From the NCBI RefSeq assembly GCF_006345805.1, contig NC_043003.1, positions 114,886,001 to 114,950,000 on the forward strand: a stretch of DNA of 64,000 nt. The letters run 5' to 3'. Every line of letters starts with the position of its first letter. Positions within the stretch are counted from its first letter, which is position 1. The position numbers and the translations under genes are program-made. Below the pieces are notes generated by a model. The model was not told the origin of the DNA, did not search any database, and saw only the letters and a program-made list of their open reading frames with translations. The DNA is from Octopus sinensis (Eukaryota). Positions 1-11,952 of the stretch are shown one piece after another.

Positions 1-313
1 TACTTACTCTCCTAAAACGTTGCTGCAAATTTTGACGTAAACTTTTTTCTACTGGATCAAATCTCAAATTTTTTATGCCAAAATATAGCTAGGGACCAGG
101 TCTCTTCAAAATACTAGCAGTTTTTAATTTGGTTAAGATCTGAATAGATCGAATTCTAGGTCGAATGATTTCATCTCCAAATGAACCTCATTTATGACTT
201 TAATCCCCGAGAAAAAGACAGCTGACGTTACAGGTTATTCTCTCTACTTTTAGATGGTGTTAAAAATATAAAATAAAATAAACCTAAACAGCTATATGTT
301 TGCTTATCCTTTG

Positions 314-731
314 GGATCTTTTCGGTTTGAACGGCAGTTTTTAACATAATTTCTAGGTAACTAAAAAATTTTAAACTTTGTATACTGGTAGAATGTGTTT
401 ATAAAACATCTTTTTCTCTTGGTTTTATTGAGAAAATTCTATAGTTTGTAAGATATTTGTTGTTATTTTTCTTCAATTTCTGCAATTTCAACCAAGCACT
501 GACGTGTATTGAGGTGAAAAACATTCTGTGCCGTATGAATATGTCCCTCGTTTAAGAAACAGATTGGGTTTATTTACATTTGTGAGGAAAAAAATATACC
601 CTTCCCCCCAATCCTAACCCTAACCCTAAAAGAGATTGAAATGCAATAGATCGATACTAAGGTCATAATTATGGGTGACAATTTCATATGTCACCGCTAG
701 AAAAAAACTGCCTTTCAAACCGAAAAGATCC
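314..731. mobile_element. MITE (non-autonomous DNA transposon), ~418 bp, ~28 bp TIRs
   Basis: Starts GGATCTTTTCGGTTTGAACGGCAGTTTT and ends AAAACTGCCTTTCAAACCGAAAAGATCC. Flanks ATCCTTTG / ATCCTTTC are a 7/8 match (putative 8-bp TSD). Second full copy at 24248-24667. Confidence 0.9.
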
Positions 732-2516
732 ATCCTTTCCAAGTAATTCGAGAGGAGAAGCGCTGTATATGTTCTTGTCTTCAGAAGCGTCACCGACCCA
801 TGCACACCTGTTGTAGGTTTATCATAAAAAATGAGTATTTCAGATATAGTTTTAATTTGAGTATTGTCATACAATTATACTCACAGTGGTTCCTTTGTAC
901 TTGTGCAAGAAGGAAGCAAGATATTGGTTATATTAAAAAGCCTGACTACTGACGATGATTAACACAATGCATTGCCCGCAATTTTGGAGAAATGTCAAAT
1001 CCAAGTGAATTGCGTTCATTAACACACGGCCATTTGAAAGGAAATATATTTATTTTACTTACTTCTTCTATTTACCTGATGTATATTTTATCCGCAACGT
1101 AGTGATGAAAAGTAAATTTTGTCTTTGCGTGTTTCGAATTACGGAAGTAATCCTATTCATATATTATATGTGGAAACAGATAGACCCAACGATATCAGAT
1201 ATCATGTTTTCCAGTAGATAGACAAGCTTCATGTAACCTACGTGAAGTATGTAAGATACATTTTTCATGCTGAGGCAGACTAAAATAATTTTGTGTATCA
1301 TATATAGCGACGAATCAGTTTTATATTTCATGAGTGGAGGCGGAGAAAAGACTATAATATATATAGTGTTGATGTACGTTTAACAATTTCATATGCGAAG
1401 ATAATTATTTCACGTAAACAATTTTCAGTTTGTATATTGCCATGTTTTCACATTTAGTTGTTTAATGGTATTAGACATGTTCTGCTTGCAGCTGTCGTTC
1501 GCCATTATCTTGTTCTTGTTGAATAGCTGCTGATATTAACAAAGGATAAGATAATAAAGAACTAAATACCGCTCTACAATACAAGGAAAATAATGATATA
1601 ATGTCTTAGCATATGTGTATGCGTCCAACCCGCTAGAAACAACAGTTCAATGTCTTCAAAACGTTAAATAGTTTTAAGGAAAAAAGCTTAATGTATATAA
1701 TTTAGTTATTCTTACACAAAGAATATTAGATTGTCATGAGTGGCATGTCTGCAAAAGCATTTGTGCTCGGCGAATAATAATCTGGGATTAAAATATGAAC
1801 AACAAATATTACGTAGCGACATTGTATTCAGTATAACTCACCATGTGACAATGATTCAATAAGGTGTGAAACATTTTATTGTACTGATTATCAAATACAA
1901 AATACACAACAATAACAATATAAAGCTTAACTATGGCAGCATGCAGAAAATATTCACTTCCAAATCATTCTCTACATAATTATGAGCCAATAAACTAGCG
2001 TACGTCACACAGCACGTGACTGTTATTCTACACAATAAAATCCCCTACCACAAGGATTATACAGTGTGCAAGAAATCAGATGGATGATAGATATTTTCCT
2101 TAGGCACATTCTCCATTTCCTAGGTTCCCTTTTCTTCCTACTTAGTGAACAGCCAAATTTCAGCATCCCAAAGTGGATGGTTGGGAAGCCAACTTCTTAT
2201 ACACAGCCACGCCTAGAGAGCCATATGTTCCCCCGATATGAATTTATTCATGAGGTATCTGGAGCCATTAGTTTCTCAAAGAGTTACATTCTTAGGGAGG
2301 CCTCGTATAGGTCATACTTGAATGAATAATGCTTTGTATATAGATGGTACGTTAATGTTATTGGTGCTGAATAGAATGTAGTACACTAGTTTTCGACAGT
2401 TAATGGAAGCATTCACTCACGTTTATATCTGCCTTGCGTTATTAATATGATCGAAGTAAATTAGAAGCAGAAAAAACATTTCAAATTCTCGTGATAACAT
2501 GAGAGAATGGGAAACT

Positions 2517-2518
2517 GA

Positions 2519-2580
<62 letters not shown>

Positions 2581-2650
2581 CATACGCATGTAAATGTGAT
2601 ATATATATATATATATATAATATATATATATATAATATATATATATATAT
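2517..2650. repeat. (ATCT)n and (TA)n microsatellites
   Basis: Direct reading of the sequence. Confidence 0.95.
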
Positions 2651-2821
2651 AGGCGGAGGTGTGGCTGTGTGATAAATAGCTTGCTTACCAACCACATGGT
2701 TCCGGGTTCAGTTCCACTGCATGGCACCTTGGGCAATTGTCTTTTACTATAGCCCCAGGCCGACCAAGGCTTGTGAGTGGATTTGGTAGACTGAAACTGA
2801 AAGATGCCCGTCGTATATATA

Positions 2822-2872
<51 letters not shown>

Positions 2873-3081
2873 TGTGTGTGTGTCTGTGTTTGTCCCTCAC
2901 CATCACTTGACAACCGATGCTGATGTGTTTATGTCCCCGCAATTAACGGCTCGGCAAAAGAGACCGATAGAATAAGTACTAGCATTACAAAGATAAATCC
3001 CGGGGTCGATTTGCTCGACTAAAGGCGGTGCTCCAGCATGGCCGCAGTCAAATGACTGAAACAAATAAAAGAATAAAAGAA
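2651..3081 (+). mobile_element. tRNA-derived SINE family A, full length
   Basis: Head GGCG(C/G)AGGxGTGGCTGTGTG with B-box-like GGTTCAGTTCC, internal (TA)n(TG)n tract, tail CAGCATGGCCGCAGTCAAATGACTGAAAC plus (AATAAAAG)n. About 10 homologous copies in the window. Confidence 0.9.
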
Positions 3082-3125
3082 CATGCGTACACACACACGC
3101 ATATACATACTTATATATATATATG

Positions 3126-3162
<37 letters not shown>

Positions 3163-3312
3163 TTATGTATGTATATTTATTTATAGATACACATTCACAT
3201 ACACACATAGAGGCACACACAGAGCTACACACAAACACACGCATACACACATACACATGCATACACATAGGTACACACACTTATTGTATATGACAATTTT
3301 TCCTCATTTCCC

Positions 3313-3343
<31 letters not shown>

Positions 3344-3854
3344 GAACACCTATATTCTCTCATTGTTCCAATGACGCTAATATGTATAAATCGCTCAGCA
3401 TATATCTGGTATCGATCCAATCGTATTGACACAAGTCGAAATAGAGTCTCGGGAACAACTTGCATGCGGTGCCGGGTCAGCGCCTGAACCACTCAGCGTT
3501 TGCGACTCACCAGAATTCCAAACAATGATAAATGATTCAAACGCTTACGAGAACGGCATCGAAACAGTTAGCAACCCACCTGATTCTTAGCAATTTCATG
3601 TCGCTTCACTTCAGATCTTAATGACTTTCGTACTGGAACTGTTCAATTCATTCACAGATTAATGTTTCCTGGTGACAGTCCCGTTATAATTAATGTGCCT
3701 GGCGACCCAAAAGAGTAGCATTTCTGACATAGACACAGAGTGTTATTGAAGAATTACTTGTTGAACTTATACTTTAGTCTTCTTCAACGGAGAATAGAGG
3801 CAGTGCAGATTAACTGCTGCAGGCGAATGTATATGTATCCCTTCTCTTTCTTTT

Positions 3855-4260
3855 TTCTCTTTTACTTGTTTCAGTCATTATTTGACTGCGGCCATGCTGC
3901 AGAACCGCCTTTAATCGAGCAACTCGACCCCGGGACTTATTCTTTTTGTAAGCCCAGTACTTATTCTATCGGTCTCTTTTTGCCGAACCGCTAAGTAACG
4001 GGGACGTAAACACACCAGCATCAGTTGTCAAGCAATGCTAGGGGGACAAACACAGACACACAAACATACACGCACACACATATATATATATATACATATA
4101 TACGACGGGCTTCTTTCAGTTTCCGTCTACCAAATCCACTCACAAGGCATTGGTCGGCCCGGGGCTATAGCAGAAGACACTTGCCCAAGGTGCCACACAG
4201 TGGGACTGAACCCATGTGGTTGGTTAGCAAGCTACTTAGCACACAGCCACTCCCGCGCCT
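3855..4260 (-). mobile_element. SINE family A, full length
   Basis: Reverse-complement match to 2651-3081 and 45999-46413. Confidence 0.9.
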
Positions 4261-4469
4261 ATATTTGCAAAAATAAACAAAAATCTAAGCACTGCAGACA
4301 ATAGCACTGATACCAGTGCAGTCGTTGAAGATAATTTTATGCCGTTATTTCTTCGCGTTTCGCATCCTCGCCTCTTGGCTCGACTCAGCGTTAGGGAACT
4401 CGTGTCTCTACCATCATCGTTGCAATAATAATAGCTTCAAATTCATGTGGTACAGCAGTAGTATTGTAG

Positions 4470-4570
4470 GGGTAGGGGATGGTCGACACCATTATTTAAC
4501 TGGTACCGGATTTTATCGACCCGGAAAAGATAATAGCAAAGTTGATCTTTAGACAATTTGAACGTTGACC
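4470..4570 (-). mobile_element. Degenerate SINE family D fragment
   Basis: AACTGGTACC...TTTTATCGACCCGGAAAAGAT...AAAGTTGA resembles the reverse of the family D core at 9715-9785. Confidence 0.5.
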
Positions 4571-4626
4571 TAAAAAGAGCCTGTAGAAAAGTCATTGACT
4601 ACTAATAATTCTGCCAGATTGCCACC

Positions 4627-4627
<1 letters not shown>

Positions 4628-4715
<88 letters not shown>

Positions 4716-4755
4716 TGAGGACGACGACGACGACGTCGACGACGATGATGATGAC

Positions 4756-4792
<37 letters not shown>

Positions 4793-5015
4793 GTGATGAC
4801 GATGATGATGATGATGATGATGATGGTGGTGGTGTTGGTGGTGGTGGTGGTGGTGGTGGTGATGATGATGATGATGATGATATGATGATGATGATGATGG
4901 TGATGACGATGATGATGATGATGATGATGGTGGTGGTGTTGGTGGTGGTGGTGGTGGTGGTGGTGATGATGATGATGATGATGATTATGATGATGATGAT
5001 GATGATGAGGATGAG
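4628..5015. repeat. Compound trinucleotide microsatellite (AAT)n-(GAC/GAT)n-(GGT)n with an internal ~100 bp tandem duplication
   Basis: Direct reading. The block GATGATGGTGATGACGATG...GGTGGTGGTGTTGGTGG... occurs twice. Confidence 0.9.
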
Positions 5016-5018
5016 GAT

Positions 5019-5813
5019 AAATGACTGATGCAGTACTAGGCAGTGGCTCTCATGGCTTCTTATCTTAATTGATTGGAAGTGTTACCATGTATATTGTTTT
5101 TTCTTGGTGTTACTGATGAGCAATATTCAGAAAATATTCTACTCAATACCACACATTTGCTTGTCAGTTGTTTGATCTTAACCAGTTGAGCATGTCCCTT
5201 CATCATCATTCATCATTGTTCGACCGTGGTCGAGACAATGGAATTTACCATGCTACGCCAGACTTCACGGTCCATCATGGCATTACGGAGGTCCTGTTAC
5301 TGGATGCTTGTATCCCTGGAGATTACATCAGGGTAGGAGAGTGTGCGCCCTCTGGTATTGCGAGTAGATGGCTTTCAGAGGAGAAGAGTAGAAATTACTT
5401 CTTTTTCAGCTCTACAACAATGTCCAGCAAACTGGACTCTCCTACCTTTCATGTCCCTTAGTGGCTGACGATATGTGCATCTCTGATCACGAGCAGAAGT
5501 AGTAGGGGATCATCATAGCCATGTGTTGAGAGGGACTCTTTGAGGTTTGGATCATTCACCTTTGGAAACATGGGCGTTTCAATCAGTATCCTTAAACAAC
5601 CCTTATTCAAAGACCTGAAGAAAAATTCTAAGTAGGCCCCCACCTACAAGTTTATGCGTTGTTTATCTTTATATGAGATCACCATGTCGCGCACATATGG
5701 TTGTGAAGCATGTGTCTGGTGTACCCTTACCAGACGGGTAGTCATGATGGGTATACTGGGCTTTTTATATTTTATTCCAATGTCCCTTTGATGACATACA
5801 CTGCTCTCTCACT
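5019..5813 (+). mobile_element. Non-coding ~545 bp TAA-associated element (family E), interrupted by an RTE fragment
   Basis: Homologous to 10721-11265, 18093-18600 and 55983-56484. Ends CTGCTCTCTCACT followed by (TAA)n. Strand is assigned only by matching the TAA polarity of the Dong copies. Confidence 0.85.
5201..5449 (-). mobile_element. 5'-truncated RTE LINE with 10-bp TSD
   Basis: CATGTCCCTT is duplicated at 5191-5200 and 5450-5459. Minus strand reads GHCCRAEKEVISTLLL*KPSTRNTRGRTLSYPDVISRDT...DLRNAMMDREVWRSMVNSIV, then a (TGA)n tail. Confidence 0.85.
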
Positions 5814-6032
5814 TAATAATAATAATAATAAGCCTGAATCCAAGCCAGGACCGATCATCACCCGGGACAAAGACTACTTTACCCAGCAGTCTGGGAATCT
5901 GACTAGGGTCCAAAAGTCTGCAGCTGAAACATACTTTAAAAAAAAAATAATAATAAGACCAAACAACAACTTCATTGTACAAACATACACGTCATGGAGA
6001 AACTTAGTAGGCAACGAAGTACGTAGATATAT

Positions 6033-6335
6033 CACGTGATCACGTGACCGACCAGACCATCAGATGTCGTTACACATCGCTGGTCACAATGCGTTCGCAT
6101 TGTTTTAGCCTTCGAATGACGCCACCCCGCTGGCTAAGCGAGCAGGCCAACAGAAGAAAGATTGAGAGAAAGAGTGGTGAAAGAGTACAGTAGGGATCAC
6201 CACCCCCTGCCGGAGCCTCGTGGAGCTTTTAGGTGTTTTCGCTCAATAATCATTCACAACGCCCGGTCTGGGAATCGAAATCGCGATCCTGCGACCGCGA
6301 GTCCGCTGCCCTAACCACTAGACCATTGCGCCTCC
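6033..6335 (-). mobile_element. tRNA-derived SINE family B with 12-bp TSD
   Basis: Reverse of GGAGGCGCAATGG(C/T)CxAGTGGTTAGGGCAGCGG... ACGTAGATATAT is present at 6021-6032 and 6336-6347. Other copies at 25210 and 39455. Confidence 0.9.
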
Positions 6336-6960
6336 ACGTAGATATATAGACGCAAGTAAATTAAGTAATGTACGTAGAGAAATCATTATGAAGAAAAGGT
6401 TAAATGACGTTGAAATTAGCCAAATTAGGATACAAATATCACATGATAGACCGAATGAAAACAGCAACAAAGCAAATAAATTAGGTAACAGGTGCACAGA
6501 AGCCCACGTACGAGCAGAGGTTCACAACGAGGAAGCTGAAAAAAGAATAGTGAAGAAGAGCTATGCGTAAAAAGTGGAGAAAATAGACATTCTTCGAGAA
6601 CACTAAAATAAGTGTGACACAGAATTTGAGGTGAATGATAAAGAGATCATAGAAGCAAAAGAAGATATATGAGGAGTCAGCAAACTTAAGTTTCCTGACA
6701 TGATGAATAGTGAACCGCTACCAAAGCTCTTAGAAAACGGGAAGGAATATTAAATTTGATGCATGATCAAACAAAACAATTCAATGAATAACTCTGTCAA
6801 AATATATTCAGAGATAATGAACAAACTCTGTGATACTTATATGAAATACTTCCTGCTTTAGGATATAACACGAACGTTCTTTACATAAGGAATCTTTGAT
6901 CTATAATCAAAGTTGTACTGGTATTGTTTTTCCAGACAAAATATTTCTCGTGCCCCATTA

Positions 6961-7655
6961 CATGAGAAGGTATCCAAAGTAATCGGAAATGTCCTCTGTG
7001 GGACAAGCCCGTAGTAGATCAGGCTTCCGCCGCCAGAAGCTACTTGATGCGACTCTAAGGCATCAGTCTGCCGATCGGCCTTATTAGATTTAGTCCTACT
7101 ACCACGTGGTGTATCTTTGTATTGTAGTGCTTCCCCCATATTCATCGACTTTTGCGATGAAACGAAGAAACGGTATGCTTCTGTGCAATTCTGTTTTCCG
7201 CTGGGGAAAGCTGCGAACGAAACAGCTGTTATGGTTCAAACAGCTTACAAGGCTACTGCCATGAGCTAGACACAAATTTACGAGTGGTTTCCATGCTTCA
7301 GGAATGGTTACTTGTCGTTTGAGGATCTATCTCGTTCAGGGCGACAGTCGAGCTCTCGAACGAAAGAAAACGTCGCGAAAATTCATGAAATGATCTTGAA
7401 GGTCCGTCAGCGAATAATTGACAAACTTGTTGACATAACTGGTGTGTCTTGCAGCTCCAGCCAACTAATTTTGAGCGAGGAGTTGCAAATGAAAAGAGTT
7501 GCAGCAAAATTCGTGTTTCGCTCGCTCAGAGAAGATCAAAAGCAGACCGAGGCATGACTTCAAATGGGGAATACTTTGAAGGTGATAAAAGTGTAAACAT
7601 GTAAAACTAAGTGAATAAAATATTATACAAAATTCCGATGGGGTTTTTTTTTGGT
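6961..7655 (+). mobile_element. Internally deleted mariner (Tc1/mariner) transposon with decayed N-terminal HTH region of the transposase
   Basis: About 7160-7555 translates as QFCF.LGKAANETAVMVQTAYKATAMS*TQIYEWF..FRNG..SFEDLSRSGRQSSSRTKENVAKIHEMILK..QRIIDKLVDITGVS..S.QLILSEELQMKRVAAKFV. TA precedes a TIR-like left end and a partial reverse match (AATTCCGAT) lies at ~7630. No DDD catalytic domain. Confidence 0.85.
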
Positions 7656-7663
7656 GGGGAGGG

Positions 7664-7965
7664 TTTGCTAGAATGTGCAGTAGAAAACTCAAAACCACCT
7701 TCAGCAAATATTTTTTTGCTGGAAATAGTTAGAAACCATGGTCTGGGAAATAACTGAGATGGTAAACGTATTTAATTTTCATTCCTTTCGAAAATTTATC
7801 CTTATTTGGTGGTTTTGAGTTTTCTACTGCTTTTTCTAGCACATTGCTTTCCTATTTGGAAGCCTCTTATTGTATTTTTATGTGAATAATATATAGTCTA
7901 ATGACTAATTCGTTTTTGTGCTAGGCCACTGGGAATAATAATTTCTTATTACCCTATTATTATAA
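7664..7965 (+). mobile_element. Penelope-like terminal fragment with a short inverted duplication at its left end
   Basis: 7728-7960 is nearly identical to 40520-40750. 7665-7700 is the reverse complement of ~7808-7840. Begins GTTAGAAACCATGGTC, resembling the 3' half of a hammerhead. Confidence 0.6.
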
Positions 7966-7987
7966 TATATATATATATATATATATA

Positions 7988-8107
7988 GGTATAGGAAAGA
8001 ATGGAGCTGAACGTAGAGTCCCTCTCAACGAAGATTTAACAAAATTCCTTTATTCCTAAATAAAGGAAATTTGTTAAATCTTCGTTCAGCTCCATACTTT
8101 CCTATAC
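7988..8107. mobile_element. Fold-back (palindromic) mini-element next to a (TA)n tract
   Basis: GGAAAGAATGGAGCTGAACG...AAGATTTAACAAAATTCCTTTATT is mirrored by AATAAAGGAAATTTGTTAAATCTTCGTTCAGCTCCATACTTTCC. A decayed hammerhead-like string lies on the minus strand at ~8007-8033. Confidence 0.65.
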
Positions 8108-8265
8108 TTATTATATTAAATTAAACTTCAAATTTCCGCACTAAGGGACGGAGTATATACCCTATGGTCATAACTTCAACCGTGCTCTTTCTGTTGTGAG
8201 TTTGCTACCCAGGTATCGGTTATCTTTCGAATTATCCGTAATAAGATAATTCATTTATCTACTAT

Positions 8266-8303
<38 letters not shown>

Positions 8304-8910
8304 GTATATGTACATTTACTTTTCGGTCTATCCAGGGGACTGTTCGTGCATGTATTTGTCTCTGTACATGTAGCGGTACATTTATCCGAAATACCAATCA
8401 AAAGACAATCAGTTAGCAGTCCAGTGGCTGCTTAGGAGAGAAGCTTATAGAAGGAGTGCCGTTAATTTGGGAGATTGTAGCAGCGGACATATATAAATGA
8501 AACGGCAGAGCAGTTTAGGTTTCTTAATTGAAAAACTGACAGAGCAAAAGAAGGACTAAGAACAAATCTAAAGATAAGAGTGCTATTCTAATAGATTGCT
8601 GGTGATTTTATTAGGTGACCTTATAGGAATTTATGTGCGGATGTAGGCTGTCTTTTGTTGTTATATAATTGTTGTTGCCGCATACACTCACACCAATTAT
8701 CGTACGACGTGCATGATGGGCAAAGATGTATTTATTGTTGTTGTTGTTGTCTAGCCCCAGGTCAGCCTTCATGCAGAACACTAAGGATCAAAGTAGGGTC
8801 AACAGTTATCATCATCTCGTCTGTTTAAAAGTATTTACAACCACGCCATAGAAATATTGTTTACATATACAACGTGACTGACTGTAATATGAGGGAGGCT
8901 ATGTATAGTC

Positions 8911-9233
8911 GTGAAGACGCATGGCTCAGTGGTTAGCGATCGTGAGGTTGTGAGTTCGAATCCCGGACTGGGCTGCGTGTTGTGTTCTTGAGCAAGACAC
9001 TTTATTTCACATTGCTGCAGTTCACTCAGCTGTAGAAATGAGTTGCGACGTCACTGGTGCCAAACTGTATCGGCCCCTTTGCCTTCCCTTTGGATAACAC
9101 TGGTGGCGTGGAGAGGGGAGGCCGGTATACATGGGCGACTGCTGGTCTTCCATAAGCAACCTTGCCCGGACTTGTGCCTGGGAGGGTAATTTTCTAGGTA
9201 CAATCCCATGATCATTCATGTCCGAAGGGGGTT
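8911..9233 (+). mobile_element. tRNA-derived SINE family C
   Basis: GTGAAGACGCATGGCTCAGTGGTTAG...GTTCGAATCCC...TTGAGCAAGACACTT. Reverse copy at 40783-41117. Confidence 0.9.
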
Positions 9234-9625
9234 TCAGTATGTATAGTCAACCGGCATGGTTTTGGGTACCTTCAGTTTCGAAATCCCTAGCTGTTGACAA
9301 TTACTGAATGCCTGCGTTTTAATATAGATCTTTTATCACTTCTCAAATAAGATGACGATGTTAAGTTAAAATACCGTGATTCAAAGGCACATAATTTATC
9401 AGGGGAAAACACCGTCTGTTTAAGCGGAAAATGTTTCATTAAAATATTGGTGATTTGTTGATGTTTTGTGAATGGCGGATCAACTAGTTGTCCTATGCTT
9501 ATTTGTTTCTGCTGTGATCGTAATGCGCATGTGCAGTTAGTTTGCGTTCATTGTATGCACGACGGTCTGATATCATTGTTATATTTTATTTGTTGACTGT
9601 TAAAGATATAGGCTGATATGTGTAT

Positions 9626-9862
9626 AAGGGCGGCGAGCTGGCAGAGTGGTTAGCACGCCGGGCGAAATGCATAGCTGTATTTCGTCAGCCGTTACGTTCT
9701 GAGTTCAAATTCCGCCGAGGTCGACTTTGCCTTTCATCCTTTCTGAATCGATTAAATAAGTACCAGTTATGCACTGGGGTCGATATAATCGACTTAATCC
9801 GTTTGTCTGTCCTTGTTTGTCCCCTCTGCGCTTAGCCCCTTGTGGGCAGTAAAGAAATAGAT
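9626..9862 (+). mobile_element. tRNA-derived SINE family D
   Basis: GGCGGCGAGCTGGCAG...GAGTTCAAATTCCGCCGAGGTCGACTTTGCCTTTCATCC...ATAAGTACCAG. Several decayed copies elsewhere in the window. Confidence 0.85.
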
Positions 9863-10596
9863 AGTAGTGACGATGATTATAACGACGATGACGAGGACGT
9901 CGATGATGATAATTATGTTCAGGATGATGATGATGGTAAAGGTGAGGATGTTAACCATGATGACGACGATGACGACGGTAATTACAATATGGGTGATGTT
10001 GCAAATTGCATTATTCAGTAGAAATGATTATGACATCGACGACAAACAACAAAGTTGGCTGATGGTTAAAACGAGGCGGAATAGCATGAGAAAAATTCTG
10101 ACGATGATTACGAAAAAGATTGTATTATTTTGTACAAAAAAAACCCCCACGAAACACGCGAGATCAATTGCTCTCCGAAATAAATAAATAATTTTCATTA
10201 ATTCAGTCACGTGATTAAAGCAAATCACAAGACATGAAATATAATTAATATAATTAATATACTTCGAGTGACTTTAAATAAATTACCTCAAAATTAAAAC
10301 GATAGCTGAATAAAATAGAAAAAAAAAAATGTGCGAAAAAAAAATGTAACTGAAAGAATTTACCGGTGGCATATGGAAAACAAGAAGAACTAATTATGGA
10401 ACTAATGAAGAAATTGAAATTAAAAAGAAACATGATTTAAAATATACGACATAAAAATTAAGAAAACACGGACGAATTTCCGAGGAAGGATAAACTAAAT
10501 GAATTGAGGAAAATGTTTGACTAAACACGTCAGAGGAAAAGTGGGGGCGATTGAATATTTCACACTCAGCTAGTTCAAAACTTAAAATAAAATAAC

Positions 10597-10676
10597 AGCA
10601 GCAACAACAACAACAACAATGATGATGATGATGTTGATGATGATGATGATGATAATGATAATAATAATAATAATAA

Positions 10677-10720
<44 letters not shown>
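10597..10720. repeat. (CAA)n-(GAT)n-(TAA)n-(TTA)n compound microsatellite
   Basis: Direct reading. Confidence 0.95.
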
Positions 10721-11265
10721 GAGTGAGCGACCAGAGCATGCCATCAAAGTGACACTGGGGTAAAATATACGAAGCCCAGTATACCCATCATGACTACCCG
10801 TCTGATAAGGGTACACCAGGCACATGCATCACAACCATATGTGCGCGACATGGTGATCTCATATCAAGATAAACAGCACATGACCTTGCAGGTGGAGCCC
10901 AGTTAGAATTTTCTTCAGATCGAGTAACCCATCCCGCTCAAAAGGTCCCTGAATAAGGGTTGTTTAAGGACGTTGAACGAAACACCCATGTTTCCAGAGG
11001 TGAATTATTCAAACCCCAAAGAATCCTTCTCAACACATGGCTATGATGCTCCCCCACTACTTCTGCTCGTGATCAGAGATGCACATATCGTCAGCCACTA
11101 AGGGACATGCTCAACTGGTTAAGGTCAAACAACTGACAAGCAAATCTGTGGTATTGAGCAGAATATTTGCTGTAGCCCATCTTTTATACCAAGACAAAAC
11201 AATGTACATGATAACAGAAGATCAGAAGCCTTGAGAGCCACTGCCTGGTACTGCATCAGGGCATT
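10721..11265 (-). mobile_element. Family E non-coding element, complete copy between (TTA)n tracts
   Basis: Best-preserved copy, with TTA repeats on both sides. Homologous to three other copies. Confidence 0.85.
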
Positions 11266-11316
11266 TATTATTATTATTATTATTATTATCATCATCATGA
11301 TTATTATTATTATTAT

Positions 11317-11952
11317 ATGTTTGATTTTGCTTTATGTCTGTACAAGTTGGCTCCAAGTCTCACCCAGAGACCTCAAGAGACAACAGGTTGGAAGTTCACT
11401 TTCTAGTTATGCCTAGTGTGCCATATATTTGGTTGTTTTTTGTGTTGTACTGGTGGATGTCTAAAAAACAAATGTTTGTTTTAAACCTTGAGATTACATA
11501 GAAAGCATTTTGCATAGGATATGAGCAGTTCCCATGAGCATAATCTTTTGAATTTCTGCCATTTTTGGGTTTCCTGGTATCTGAGTTAGGTAGCTATCAG
11601 CCCCTTTTGCTATCATTCCCAGGGCACTTACGACAACAGGTATTGTTTTAGTCTTCAGGTTCCACATTTTGCTGATTTCTATTCCAAGATCTTTATATTT
11701 GCTCAGTTTTTGGTAGGTCTTGACAGATACGTTTATATCGATTGGGACAGTCATATCAATGAGGAGGCATGTTCTTTGTTTGAAGTCTTTCAATATGATG
11801 TCTAGCCTATTTGCATCTATCTTTCTGTCAGTTTGAATGGTGAAATTCCAGAGGAGTGAGATGTGGTCATTTTCAAGCAGTGAGGGTGGTTTGTGTTCCC
11901 ACCTGTCTTTTTCATGGGGCAAATCCAGGTTTTTGCAGATTACCCAGTGAAT
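11317..11952 (-). mobile_element. R4/Dong non-LTR retrotransposon 3' fragment (subfamily A), restriction-like endonuclease domain
   Basis: ORF 11494-11922: LLWNFTIQTDRKIDANRLDIILKD...LLIDMTVPID.NV..K...KLSKYKDL..EI..MW.LKTKTIPVVVSALG (PD-(D/E)xK-type RLE). The 3' UTR matches 53893-54115 and runs into (TAA)n on the sense strand. Confidence 0.92.

Noticed and set aside
606-630. CCCTAA repeats suggesting telomeric sequence
   Set aside because: Only 2-3 units, and they are an internal part of the MITE in both copies.
3614-3718. Acceptor followed by DLNDFRTGTVQFIHRLMFPGDSPVIINVPGDPKE*
   Set aside because: A 34-codon open frame is within chance expectation. No recognisable domain and no upstream exon.
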